64,000 nt of DNA from Candidatus Eiseniibacteriota bacterium (GTDB taxonomy: Bacteria > Eisenbacteria > RBG-16-71-46 > SZUA-252). Positions 10,036 through 20,600 of this stretch are shown here, piece by piece. Every line of letters begins with the position of its first letter. The first letter of the stretch is position 1. Under the pieces are notes generated by a model. That model saw only the letters and a list, made by a program, of their open reading frames with translations, was not told the DNA's origin and ran no database searches. A program made the position numbers and the translations under genes. Location: NCBI GenBank assembly GCA_031370645.1, contig JANMQV010000152.1, positions 16,144 to 80,143 of the forward strand, written 5' to 3'.

Positions 10036-11031
10036 ATGACCCGACGCGAACGAATCCGAAAGACCCTGGCGGGCGAACCGACCGACCGACCCCCGATCTC
10101 CTTCTGGCGGCATTTCTATCACCGCGAGGGGTCGGCGGCCGATCTGGCGGCTTCCATGCTGGAGTTCCAGAAGCGCTACGACTGGGACATCCTGAAGGTC
10201 AATCCGCGCGGGTCGTATCACGTGGAGGACTGGGGGGTTCGGACGGCGCGCCCGGGGACTGGGCCGCTTGACAAGCCGAAGGTCGTCGCGGGAATCATTC
10301 GAGAGCCGGCCGACTGGGACAAGATCCACCCCGTCGATCCGACGCGCGGCGCCTTGGGCGAGCACCTGGACGCGCTCGAGCGGATCGCCGCCGAGGCGCA
10401 GGGCGACGTCGACTGGGTCATGACCGTCTTCAATCCGATTTCGATCGCGGCGGACCTGGCGAACGACGACGCGATGTTCGTGAATCACCTGCGCGAGCAC
10501 GGCGATCGCGTGCATGGCGCGCTTCGCGCCATCACCGAGACCTATGCCGGCTTCGTTCGCGAATGCATGGCGCGAGGTGCGGCGGGCATTTTCTTCGCCA
10601 CGACCGACTACGCCAACGACACGCGCATCGACCGCGCGACGACGAACGAATTCGGACGTCCCTACGATCTTCGCGTGCTGGCCGAAGCGGCCGGCGCGCC
10701 GCTCAACGTGGTTCACGTCTGCGGTCCCGGCGCCTACGTCGAAGAACATCTCGACTATCCGGTCTCCGTCGTCTCCTGGGCCGACCGCGCGCCGCGGAAC
10801 CCTTCGATCGCGGAAGTTCGCGCGAAGACCTCGAAGACGCTCCTGGCGGGGCTCGCGCACGACGGCGTGCTCCTCACCGGACCGGTGGAAGCGGTCCAGG
10901 AGGAAGCGCGCGCCGCGATCGTCGCCTCGGGCGGAACGCGATTCATTCTCGGACCGGGATGCGCCGTTCCGGCCGCGGCGCCGCTCGAGCACTTCCAAGC
11001 CGTTCGGGAGGTCGCGGTCGAATGCGCCTAG
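10036..11031 (+). CDS. uroporphyrinogen decarboxylase (URO-D) family protein, MtaA/CmuA-like methyltransferase fold
   Basis: URO-D/methylcobamide:CoM methyltransferase family architecture, about 330 aa. No haem-pathway neighbours, so the precise function is unassigned. Confidence 0.65.
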   Translation: MTRRERIRKTLAGEPTDRPPISFWRHFYHREGSAADLAASMLEFQKRYDWDILKVNPRGSYHVEDWGVRTARPGTGPLDKPKVVAGIIREPADWDKIHPVDPTRGALGEHLDALERIAAEAQGDVDWVMTVFNPISIAADLANDDAMFVNHLREHGDRVHGALRAITETYAGFVRECMARGAAGIFFATTDYANDTRIDRATTNEFGRPYDLRVLAEAAGAPLNVVHVCGPGAYVEEHLDYPVSVVSWADRAPRNPSIAEVRAKTSKTLLAGLAHDGVLLTGPVEAVQEEARAAIVASGGTRFILGPGCAVPAAAPLEHFQAVREVAVECA

Positions 11032-12350
11032 CCGCCTTCAAGTCGACGATCCGTCGCGCCACGGTGCTCGCGCTCGTCGCGGCCGTCGCCCTCACCGTCG
11101 GCTCCGCACGGGCGAAAGATAATCCAGCCCCCCCAGGGCCGGTCATCGACGTCCTCACGCTTGACGGCGCCATTCAGCCGATCAGCGCCGAGGTCTTCGT
11201 GAAGGCGATCGACCGCGCCGAGCGCGACCATCGCGAAGCGCTGATTGTCCGCCTCGACACGCCCGGCGGGCTCGACTCCTCCATGCGCGACATCATCAAG
11301 CGAATCCTCGTCTCGGACGTTCCCGTGATCGTCTTTGTGGCGCCTCCGGGCGCGCGCGCGGCGAGCGCGGGCACGTTCATCGCTTATGCGGCCCATGTCT
11401 CGGCCATGTCGCCCGGTACTTCGATCGGTGCGGCGACGCCGGTTCAGATGGGCGGGAACGACGTGCAGAAAGACCTCGGCCGGAAGGTGAAGAACGACGC
11501 CGTCTCCTACATCCGTTCTCTCGCCACGCAGCACGGGCGAAACGCCGACTGGGCCGAGAAGGCCGTGCGCGAAGGAGGATCGCTTCCGGAACGAGAAGCG
11601 CTTCGGCTCCACGTGGTCGATCTCGTCGCGCGCGATGTCGACGAGCTCCTCGCGGCGCTCGACGGTCGCACGGTGATGGTGGCGGGGATGGCGCGGACGC
11701 TCCACACGAAAGGCGCGACGAAGCGTGAACTGAAGCCGAGCTGGCGGCAGGAGATCCTCTCGCGCATCGTCGACCCGAACGTGGCCTACATTCTCTTCAT
11801 CCTCGGCTTCTACGGACTCATCTTCGAACTCTCGAATCCCGGCGCGATCCTTCCCGGGATCGTCGGCGGCATTTGCATTCTCCTCGCCTTCCTCGCCTTC
11901 CAGGCGCTACCGGTGAACATGACGGGAGTCTTCCTCATCCTCTTCGCCATGATCCTCTTCCTGGTGGAGGTGAAGGTGCAGAGCCACGGACTCCTCGCTG
12001 CCGGGGGCGTCGTGGCGCTCATTCTGGGATCGCTCATCCTCATGGGCGGCGACACCAACGTCGGGCGGGTTTCGCTGGTGGTGGTCGGCACGGCCGTCGG
12101 AGCGACGATCCTCTTCTTCACGTTGGTCATCGGGGCGGCGTGGCGGGCGCAAAAAACGCGAGCCACGACGGGGTGGGAAGGATTGGTCGGCGAGCGGGGC
12201 GAGGCGGTGACTCCGCTTGCTCCGAAAGGAAAAGTGTTTGTGCACGGGGAGTATTGGAACGCGGAATCGGGCGAGGTGATCGACACCGGCGCCTCGGTCA
12301 TCGTGGAGCGTGTGGACGGCATGACGCTGCGCGTGCGCAAGGCGTCGTAA
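11022..12350 (+). CDS. NfeD-family membrane-bound serine protease (ClpP-like domain + C-terminal OB-fold)
   Basis: Signal peptide, ClpP-like S49 domain (DTPGGLDSSMRDI..., GARAASAGTFIAYAAHVSAMSPGTSIGAATPV), a multi-TM segment and a C-terminal NfeD beta-barrel (GKVFVHGEYWNAES). Sits immediately upstream of an SPFH gene, the classic nfeD-stomatin operon. Confidence 0.8.
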   Translation: MRLAAFKSTIRRATVLALVAAVALTVGSARAKDNPAPPGPVIDVLTLDGAIQPISAEVFVKAIDRAERDHREALIVRLDTPGGLDSSMRDIIKRILVSDVPVIVFVAPPGARAASAGTFIAYAAHVSAMSPGTSIGAATPVQMGGNDVQKDLGRKVKNDAVSYIRSLATQHGRNADWAEKAVREGGSLPEREALRLHVVDLVARDVDELLAALDGRTVMVAGMARTLHTKGATKRELKPSWRQEILSRIVDPNVAYILFILGFYGLIFELSNPGAILPGIVGGICILLAFLAFQALPVNMTGVFLILFAMILFLVEVKVQSHGLLAAGGVVALILGSLILMGGDTNVGRVSLVVVGTAVGATILFFTLVIGAAWRAQKTRATTGWEGLVGERGEAVTPLAPKGKVFVHGEYWNAESGEVIDTGASVIVERVDGMTLRVRKAS

Positions 12351-12362
12351 GCGGAGGCAGGG

Positions 12363-13160
12363 ATGATCTCCTATGCGTTTGTAACGATTCTCTTCCTGGG
12401 AATACTGGTCTTCACGAGCGCCGTGAAGGTGCTTCGGGAGTACGAGCGCGCCGTCATCTTCCGCCTCGGGCGTTCGATCGGCCAGAAGGGCCCCGGGCTC
12501 ATCCTCCTGATCCCCATCATCGACAAGATGGTGAAGATCCCGCTTCGGACGGTGACCATGGACGTGCCGCCGCAGGACGTCATCACGCGCGACAACGTCT
12601 CGGTGAAGGTGAACGCGGTCATCTATTTCCGCGTTCTCGAACCGACGAAGGCCGTGCTCCAGGTGGAGAACTACCTCTACGCGACGTCTCAGATCGCGCA
12701 GACCACGCTCCGGTCGACGCTCGGCGAGGCCGACCTCGACGATCTCCTCTCCAAGCGCGAGAAGATCAACCAGGAGCTCCAGATGGTGATCGACCGCCAC
12801 ACGGAGCCGTGGGGAATCAAGGTGAGCACGGTCGAGGTGAAGAACGTCGACCTGCCGCAAGAAATGCAGCGCGCCATCGCCCGGCAGGCCGAAGCGGAGC
12901 GCGAACGCCGCGCGAAGGTCATCAACGCCGAAGGCGAACTCCAAGCGTCGCAGAAGCTCCAAGAGGCCGCGACCGTCATCGCGCGGGAGCCGCTGGCCAT
13001 GCAGCTTCGTTATCTGCAGACGCTCGCAGAGATCGCGACGGAAAACAGCTCGACCATCGTCTTCCCGGTGCCGATCGATCTCTTCGCGCCGCTGTTCCAG
13101 GCGCGTGAAAAGGCCGCGGCGGCCGCGCGCGTCAGTCCGGGGGCGGAGGGCCCGAAGTGA
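12363..13160 (+). CDS. SPFH/band-7 (stomatin/prohibitin-like) protein
   Basis: N-terminal TM helix followed by the SPFH domain ([17 protein letters not shown]...) and a C-terminal coiled coil ([18 protein letters not shown]). Confidence 0.9.
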   Translation: MISYAFVTILFLGILVFTSAVKVLREYERAVIFRLGRSIGQKGPGLILLIPIIDKMVKIPLRTVTMDVPPQDVITRDNVSVKVNAVIYFRVLEPTKAVLQVENYLYATSQIAQTTLRSTLGEADLDDLLSKREKINQELQMVIDRHTEPWGIKVSTVEVKNVDLPQEMQRAIARQAEAERERRAKVINAEGELQASQKLQEAATVIAREPLAMQLRYLQTLAEIATENSSTIVFPVPIDLFAPLFQAREKAAAAARVSPGAEGPK

Positions 13161-14554
13161 CCCCAGTCCGGTACGATGTCGCGATCCTCGGCGGCGGACC
13201 CGGCGGCTACGTGGCCGCCATCCGCGCCGGTCAACTCGGCCTGAAGACGGTTCTCGTGGAGAAGGAGAGGGTCGGAGGCACCTGCCTTCACTGGGGCTGC
13301 GTTCCGACCAAGGCGCTCCTCGAAACGGCCGAAATCTTGCGGATGACGCGCCGCGCCGGGGAATTCGGCGTCCGCGTCACCGAGGCGACGCTCGACCTCC
13401 GCGCCGCGCAGGAGCGGAAGGAACGCATCGTGAAGAAGAGCACGATGGGGACCGAGTCGCTCTTGAAGAAGAACAAGGTGGTCACCGTGAAGGGGACCGG
13501 CCGGCTCCTCGCGCGCGATCGAATCGAAGTGCGGGAGCCGTCGGGCGGCCTGGCCACGGTCGAAGCCAATGCGATCATCCTCGCGACCGGCTCCAAGGTC
13601 GGCGGGCTTCCGATGGCGCCGGTCGACGGGCGCGTCGTCATCTCGAGCGACGACATTCTCGGACTCGACCGCGTGCCGGAGTCGTTGCTCGTCATCGGCG
13701 CGGGGGCGGTCGGCGTGGAGTTCGCATCGATCTACCATACGTTCGGGTCGAAGGTCGTCCTCATCGAATATCAGCCTCGGCTCCTCCCGATCGAGGACGC
13801 CGACCTCGGTGAGGCGCTTCAACGCTCCTTCACGCGCCAGGGAATCGAAGTCCACACGGGCGCCAATCTGAAGAACGTTCGCGTCGAAGCCGACGCGGCC
13901 TGGAGCGAGTTCGAAGTCGGCGGCGAGATCAAGCGGATCCGAACCGAGAGGGTCCTCATGGCCGCCGGAAGAAAGCCGGTCACCGAAGGGATCGGCCTGG
14001 AGACGCTCGGCGTCACGATGGACCGGGGCTTCGTGAAGGTGAACGGCTATCAGGAGACGAGCGTGCCGGGCCTCTACGCCATCGGCGACATCACGACGAG
14101 CCCCGCCCTGGCGCATGTCGCCTCTCACGAGGGGATCGTGGCGGCGGAGCGGATCGCCAAGCATGCGACGCATCCGGTCAATTACGACGCCATCCCGTCG
14201 TGCACCTATTGCCACCCCGAAGTGGCGAGCGTCGGCATGTCGGAAGCGCAGGCTCGAGCCGCGGGGCGCCAGGTGCGAATCGGAAAGTTTCCCTTCACGG
14301 CGAACTCCAAGGCCGGAATTCTCGGTGAAGGAGACGGTTTCGTGAAGGCGGTGGCCGACGCGGCCACCGGAGAGATTCTGGGAGTCCACATCATCGGCGT
14401 CCGCGCCACCGAGCAGATCGCGGAGTCCGTCGTCGCCCGCCACTTCGAGGCGTCGGCGCTGGAGTTGGCGGAAGTCGTGCACGCGCATCCGACGCTCGCG
14501 GAAGCCACCATGGAGGCCATGTTTGGAGCCGAAGGCCGAAGCATCCACATCTGA
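13157..14554 (+). CDS. lpd: dihydrolipoyl dehydrogenase
   Basis: FAD-binding GGGPGGY motif, redox-active disulfide [16 protein letters not shown]-binding GAGAVGVE, and the C-terminal HAHPTL(A/S)E dimerisation motif. Confidence 0.92.
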   Translation: MTPVRYDVAILGGGPGGYVAAIRAGQLGLKTVLVEKERVGGTCLHWGCVPTKALLETAEILRMTRRAGEFGVRVTEATLDLRAAQERKERIVKKSTMGTESLLKKNKVVTVKGTGRLLARDRIEVREPSGGLATVEANAIILATGSKVGGLPMAPVDGRVVISSDDILGLDRVPESLLVIGAGAVGVEFASIYHTFGSKVVLIEYQPRLLPIEDADLGEALQRSFTRQGIEVHTGANLKNVRVEADAAWSEFEVGGEIKRIRTERVLMAAGRKPVTEGIGLETLGVTMDRGFVKVNGYQETSVPGLYAIGDITTSPALAHVASHEGIVAAERIAKHATHPVNYDAIPSCTYCHPEVASVGMSEAQARAAGRQVRIGKFPFTANSKAGILGEGDGFVKAVADAATGEILGVHIIGVRATEQIAESVVARHFEASALELAEVVHAHPTLAEATMEAMFGAEGRSIHI

Positions 14555-15563
14555 GAGCGCTGCCGCATCGCTCCCGGGGACAAGTCCCGCGAGCGATTCG
14601 CAGCCGATCGGTCTCACGTTTCCCTCCGACCGGCGTCTGAAGGCGGGGGAGAAGCGGAAGCCGCTCCGCGCCTACGAGCGACTGAGCGACGCGCCGCCGC
14701 CGCTTCGGCGGCCCGACTGGCTCCGCGCGCGCATTCCGACCGGGAAGGCATATCTCGAGACGAAGGAAATCCTCCGCACGCTCGATCTCCACACGGTCTG
14801 CGAGAGCGCCAACTGCCCGAACATCGGCGACTGCTTCTCGCGCCACACGGCCACGTTCCTCATTCTCGGAAACGTCTGCACGCGCGCCTGCCCCTTCTGC
14901 GACATCCGAAACGGGAAGCCGCTCCCGGTCGATCCGCAGGAGCCGGAGCGCGTGGCCGACGCGGCGCGGCGGCTCGGCCTCCGCTACGTCGTCGTGACCT
15001 CCGTGAATCGCGACGAGTTACCCGACGGCGGGGCGTCGCACTTCGCCGCCACCATTCGCGCCCTTCATCGGGAGAACTCGGGCGTGCGCGTGGAAGTGCT
15101 GATCCCCGATTTCCTGGGCGACGAGGATGCGCTACGGACCGTGCTCGACGCGCGACCGGACGTCTTGAATCACAACATGGAAACCGTGAAGCGGCTCTAC
15201 AAGCGCGTCCGCCCCGCGGGGCGTTACGAGCGGTCGCTCGCACTGCTTCAGAACGTGACGAAGTTTGCCCATGGCATTCCCGCCAAGTCGGGCCTCATGG
15301 TCGGCGTCGGCGAAGCGAAGGAGGAGGTCGAGGAGCTGATTCGCGACCTCCACGCGCACGGCGTTTCGACGATCACCATCGGGCAGTACCTGGCGCCCTC
15401 CACGTCGCATCTTCCGGTGGAGCGCTACGTGACGCCGGAGGAGTTCGCGCACTATCACCGCTACGGCATGGCGCTCGGCGTGCGGCAGGTGGCGTCGTCG
15501 CCGCTCGTCCGCTCGTCGTTCCACGCGGAGGAGCAGGCGGGAAAGACTGTCTGGGTAGGGTAG
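14523..15563 (+). CDS. lipA: lipoyl synthase (with roughly 60-aa low-complexity N-terminal extension)
   Basis: CESANCPNIGDC auxiliary-cluster motif and the radical-SAM CTRACPFC motif. The only in-frame ATG is 14523, overlapping the lpd 3' end, so the true start may be a downstream non-ATG codon. Confidence 0.88.
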   Translation: MEPKAEASTSESAAASLPGTSPASDSQPIGLTFPSDRRLKAGEKRKPLRAYERLSDAPPPLRRPDWLRARIPTGKAYLETKEILRTLDLHTVCESANCPNIGDCFSRHTATFLILGNVCTRACPFCDIRNGKPLPVDPQEPERVADAARRLGLRYVVVTSVNRDELPDGGASHFAATIRALHRENSGVRVEVLIPDFLGDEDALRTVLDARPDVLNHNMETVKRLYKRVRPAGRYERSLALLQNVTKFAHGIPAKSGLMVGVGEAKEEVEELIRDLHAHGVSTITIGQYLAPSTSHLPVERYVTPEEFAHYHRYGMALGVRQVASSPLVRSSFHAEEQAGKTVWVG

Positions 15564-15629
15564 CGCGAAGCGAGGAGCTGGAAGCGTGCAGTCGGCCGCG
15601 GCGCCCTGGGTGTCGCGGCCTTCGCCGTT

Positions 15630-16964
15630 TTAGAGGAGGTTTCCCGCCAGGATGACCCGTGCCGTGCTGAAGTAAATGATGAGCCCCGTCACGTCGACGA
15701 GCGTGGCGACGAAGGGCGCCGACGCCGTGGCGGGGTCGAGCCCGAGGCGGCGAAGCAGGAACGGCAGCATCGATCCCACCATCGTGCCCCAGAGCACGAT
15801 GCCGAGGAGGCTGACCGACACGGCGGCCGCTACGCTGAGGTAGTGCGGGCCGTAGGTGTGGAAGAGTTTTTCCCAGACGATGATCCGCACGAGGCCGATC
15901 GTGGCGAGAATCGATCCGAGGCCCAACCCCGCGAAGAACTCCCGCTGCACCACGCGCCACCAGTCGCGAAGCTTCACTTCGCCGAGCGCCATGGCGCGGA
16001 TGACGAGGGTCGTCGCCTGACCGCCCGAATTTCCGCCGCTCGAGATCACGAGCGGAACGAAGAGCGCGAGCACCACCGCGCGGGCGATCTCCGCCTCGAA
16101 GTGCCCCATGGCGACAGCGGTGAGGCTCTCGCCGAGGAATAGGACCGAGAGCCATCCGGCGCGCTTCTTGATCATCTCGAACAGACCCACCTGGAGATAG
16201 GGAGCCTCGAGAGCTACCGTACCGCCCATCTTCTGGATGTCTTCGGTGGCTTCTTCGCGAACGACGTCGACGACGTCGTCGAGGGTGACGATCCCCTTCA
16301 TTTTTCCTTCGGCGTCGACGACCGGGATGGCGAGGAGACGGTAGGTGGAGAAGAGCCGGCTCACGTCCTCCTGATCCATCGCTTCCGGGACGGTGACGAC
16401 ATCCGACGCCATGACCTCCTGCACCAATTGCCCCGGCTTCGCCGTGAAGAGCTCTCGGTACGAGACGACGCCGAGAAGTTTCTGCTCCTGATCGAGCACG
16501 TAGGCGTAGGGGAGCGATTGCGTCCCTTCCGCGGCCTGGCGGCGGAGGTAGGTGATCGCTTCATCGACGGTGATGTCGGGGCGAACGCGCGCGTAGCGCG
16601 GATTCATCAATCCGCCGGCGTCATCCTCGGCGTAGGCGAGAAGAGCTCCGACGTCGCGGCGGGTCGGCTCGTCCAACTGGGCGAGGAGTCCTTCGCGCTC
16701 GTGGTGCGACACCTCCTGCACCAAGTCGGCGGCGTCGTCGGGGGCGAGGAGACGGAACCAGGAACGGCGCTCCGCGGGCGGGAGTCCAAGGATGAGATCG
16801 GCCTGGTCCCGCGCCGAGAGTCCGAGGAAGAAGTCCTCCGCGTCCGTGCGTTCGAGCGCGCGAAACGCCTCCAGGCGATCGTCGGAGACGAGAAGCGACC
16901 ACGCGTCCTGGAGGTCTTCGAGCGAGAGCTGCTCGGGTGCTTCCGGGTCCACCGAAGGCGGCAT
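15630..16964 (-). CDS. mgtE: magnesium transporter MgtE
   Basis: N-terminal MgtE domain, tandem CBS domains and a C-terminal five-TM MgtE channel domain (GNSGGQATTL motif). The ORF extends to 17168, but the extra 68 aa are low-complexity, so ATG 16964 (MPPSVDPE...) is preferred. Confidence 0.88.
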   Translation of the reverse strand: MPPSVDPEAPEQLSLEDLQDAWSLLVSDDRLEAFRALERTDAEDFFLGLSARDQADLILGLPPAERRSWFRLLAPDDAADLVQEVSHHEREGLLAQLDEPTRRDVGALLAYAEDDAGGLMNPRYARVRPDITVDEAITYLRRQAAEGTQSLPYAYVLDQEQKLLGVVSYRELFTAKPGQLVQEVMASDVVTVPEAMDQEDVSRLFSTYRLLAIPVVDAEGKMKGIVTLDDVVDVVREEATEDIQKMGGTVALEAPYLQVGLFEMIKKRAGWLSVLFLGESLTAVAMGHFEAEIARAVVLALFVPLVISSGGNSGGQATTLVIRAMALGEVKLRDWWRVVQREFFAGLGLGSILATIGLVRIIVWEKLFHTYGPHYLSVAAAVSVSLLGIVLWGTMVGSMLPFLLRRLGLDPATASAPFVATLVDVTGLIIYFSTARVILAGNLL

Positions 16965-17073
16965 GCGATCGAGTCTCCAACGGGGAGTGGGACGCGAGGC
17001 GGCACGATCGGCGCCGCGTGTCGGCCATGCTACGCCGCGCGGGGGCGGAACGGCAAGCGCGGCGGCTCCGGGG

Positions 17074-17389
17074 GGCGTTCTCTGCGACGTGCTCCCTCCC
17101 GACATCGACGGGGCGGACGCGCTTTGCCGGTTTCGCGCGCTCGATCCGGAATTGCCGATCATCACCATGACAACATTCGGGACGGTCGAGATGGCGATTC
17201 GCGCGCTGGACGAGGGCGCGTTCGATTGCGTCCGGAAGCCCTTCGCGATCGAGGCGGTGCGAAATTACGTCGCGCGCGGCGACGTTCTTGGTGTTGCCGC
17301 GGGGGTCGCTCTACCGCATGTTGGAGCGGTTCAAGGCGGAGGCAGCGGATCGGGCCAATCTAGCGCATTGGCCCATTTCACTAACTTAG
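17074..17389 (+). pseudogene. remnant of an NtrC/Fis-type response regulator (partial receiver domain + frameshifted Fis-type HTH; N-terminus and AAA+ domain missing)
   Basis: Frame A reads ...CDVLPPDIDGADALCRFRALDPELPIITMTTFGTVEMAIRALDEGAFDCVRKPFAIEAVRNYVARGDVLGVAAG, the receiver domain from the phospho-Asp onward with the KPF motif. After a G5 run at 17300-17305 the frame changes and frame B reads RGSLYRMLERFKAEAADRAN, a Fis-type HTH C-terminus. No intact N-terminus exists in any frame. Confidence 0.4.
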
Positions 17390-17621
17390 GTAACCCATTC
17401 GGATTACGCCGCTTAGACGGATTGATCCCGTTGAGAGACCAAGGAGAGCGTGCCGAAATGCTCAACCCGACCGACAACTCGATCCGTAGTTCGCTCCCTT
17501 GGCTCTCGAGGTCGCGGTCGTCAGCGAGGATTGCCCCCCACATCTCGCGCCGGCCCCTCCCGAGAGCCTTTTCTTATCTCCGTGGACAACCGCGCCGGCA
17601 CGTCCCTAAACTCACTTCCCC

Positions 17622-20600
17622 GTGATCTCGCTCGACACTCGCTCCTGGAGCGCCGCCATCGCCCCCATTCGTCGTGCCGTTTCGTCCGTCGCGCTTCTAT
17701 TCCTCACGCTGCAATTCAATCCCGCACCGCAACTCTTCGCGCAGGGTGCGGCCGCCACCCAGGCAGCGGCGCCTCCGGCGGCAGGCACGCCCGTACCGGG
17801 CCTCGAGGTGCTCGGCATCGTCGACGGAATTCCGATTCATCAGTTCGAGTGGGATCGGCTGGCGACGCCCTATTACCGTGAAGTCGAAGGGGAAGCGGGA
17901 AGAAAACTCACGGCGGACGAGCAGCGCCTTCTTCGCGAAAACGTCCTGCATGAATTGATTCGCGAGCGACTCTGGCTCGCCGACGGGCGGCGGCGGGGCA
18001 TGACCGTGCCGGACGCTGAAGTCGACGCCCGCATGAAACAGAGCCAGTTCTTCAAGACGAACGGCCGCCTGGACGAAGGGAAATTTCTCGCCTTCAAGCG
18101 ATCGCCCGCCTCGAACTACCCGGAACTCCGCGCCCAGCTCGCCATGGGTCTCCTCTTGGAACAGTACACACGATGGATGGAGCGGCGATTCGGTCCGCGC
18201 GACACCGAATTGAAGCAGGCGTATCGGGAGCGGACGTCGCTCGCGACGATCCGCTTCCTCCACCTCGGGCCCGATGCCGTCTCCCTCGACCCCGAGGCGA
18301 CGGAAGCGGAAATTCGTGCTTACTACGACGAGCATCCGGCGGAATTCCAGGCGCCCGCCGAAGCGCGCATCCAGTACGTGAAGATCCAGCAGCCCGTCCC
18401 CGAGCCGGCCGCGGCCGACACTTCGCGGGACGCGGCGGCGCAGGCATCGCTTCGCGCGGGAAAGGAATTGCTCGCGGCCATCCAAGCGGGGGCGCCACCG
18501 GAGACGGCCGCGCGCATCCACGGAGGGTTCCACGACAGCGGGAATTTCCGCGTGGGGGATCCGATTCGCGGGCTCGGCCGGAGCGACCTCTTGACCGACG
18601 CCGTGAGCGGCACTGAGGCCGGCGCGTGGATCAAGGAGCCTATTCGGATCGGCGGTTTCCATGTCGTTGCCCGCGTCGTCGAGAAGAAGAGTTCACGCGC
18701 GGTTCCATTCAGGGAGTCGGTCGCCCTCGCGAAGCGCCGCGCCGACGCGGCGAAGCGCGACGAATTCATCGATTCGCTGGCGCGCGCGGAGGTGACGCGG
18801 CGTTCCGACGAGTACAAGCATCCACGACTGGTCGCGACGGTCCTCGCCCGCCCGCTCGCGGCGTTCGAGGATCCGAAACCGATCGCCGCGAAGGAGATCA
18901 AGACGGCGCTCGACCGAGCGCGGAAGGCCGCGCGCGTGAGCGACACGGCGCGCGTCTGGCTCGATTCCGTTCGAACCACGCTTCCCGCACTTCTCGCGGC
19001 CGATCGCCGCGCGGCCTCGGCCGCGAAGGCGATGCGCGACGTGGCGGCGGACCTCCGCCGCGGCGACCGGGGTGACGATGTCGCGGCGCGGCGGCTGGCG
19101 ACCCTCTCCCGCCTCGGGCTCTGGAAAGGGGAACCGCCGGCGCGCGCCGGTCTTGCCGAGGGCGCGTTCCTCGATTCGCTCTACGCGCTTCGGGCCGGCG
19201 GCGTCGTCGGGCCGCGCGTCGCGCGCGATTCGATCTTCGTCGCCCGCGTCGATTCGATCGACCTCACGTTCGTGCCGCCCTACGAGGCGCTTCGCCAAGA
19301 GGCTCGCGCCGCCGCGATCCAGTCGAGCCACCTGAAAGCGGAGCGGGACGCGGAGGCGTGGTTCGCGGATCGCCGCGAGAAATACCTCACGCCTCCGAAG
19401 TACGTGATCGATCTCGTCACCTTCCCGTCGAAATCGAAGAGTGATACGACGCTCGTGCTGGAGGATTCGGTCGCCGCGTACCACGTGGCCCATCCGCTCG
19501 AATTCACGGAGCCGGCGAGGATCCGCGTTCGTCACATTCTCGTCTCGGCGCGCTCTGCCGACTCGCCGCGCGTGAAGGAGGAAGCGAAGGCGAAGGCCGT
19601 GGCGCTCCGCGCGCGGCTCCGGAAGGGCGAGGACTTCGCCGCCGTGGCGCGCGAGGCATCGGACGACAAGGGATCGGCGTCGCGCGGCGGCGACCTCGGC
19701 GAACTCCTTCGGAGCCAGTTGGTCCCCGAATTCGCGAACGCCGCCTTCGCGCTTCCCCCAGGAGAAGTGAGCGAGCCGGTGCTGACCCCCTTCGGCTATC
19801 ACCTAATCCGCGTCGACGAGCGAACTCCCGAACGGCTTCGCCCGCTCGAGGAGTGCCGGTCGGAGATCCGAAAATTTCTTTCGGAACAGTGGGCCGACAC
19901 GCTCGCTCGGCGGGGCGCCGAGGCGCTCATCGAGGCGGCGCGCGACAGCGCCTCGTTCGCCGCGCTCTCCGCACCGGCGGGAGGCGTGCATCGTTTTGGC
20001 CCCGTCGGGAACAACGACCGCCTGGGCGAGATTGGGCCGGTCCTGGGGGTGAGCGAGTGGCTCGCCCCGGTCGCGGAGGGGACGATCACGCCGGAGCCGC
20101 TTTTCACGCAGGAGGGATATCTCGTCGCGCGAAAGTTGCGTGAGATCGCGGCGACGCGGGCCCCGTTCGCCGACGTGCGCGACAAGGTCGTCGCGGACTA
20201 CCAGATCAGCCGAAGACGCGCCATCGCCGACTCGCTCGCGAACCACGTTCGCGAAGCGCTCGCGGCCGGCGCCGACCTCGACTCGCTCGCCGTTCCGTTC
20301 GGCGGACTCCGGATGAGCCGCCCCTTCGGCCGCTCGGGGCCGATTCCCGAATTCGCGCGCGACGCCTCGCTCGGACGCGACTCGCTCTACCTCGAGCGCG
20401 TCTTCGCCTCGAAGCCGGGCGCGGCGCTGCCGCCGCTCTCGGGCTCGAGCGGCACGCTCTTCGCGCTTCTCGAGTCGATCGTGGACCCTCCCGCCGCCGA
20501 GTTCTCGAAGCGGCGGGACGAGCTCCGTCGCGAATTGCTCGAGCAGCGGACCGCCGCGTGGACCGAGCGGCTCCGTTCGCGCGCGGTCGTCACGATCCGC

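Noticed and set aside
16428-17363. 311-aa + strand ORF overlapping mgtE in antisense
   Set aside because: No motifs. It is opposite the conserved MgtE N-terminal and CBS domains. Only its 3' end coincides with the response-regulator remnant, which reads in other frames.
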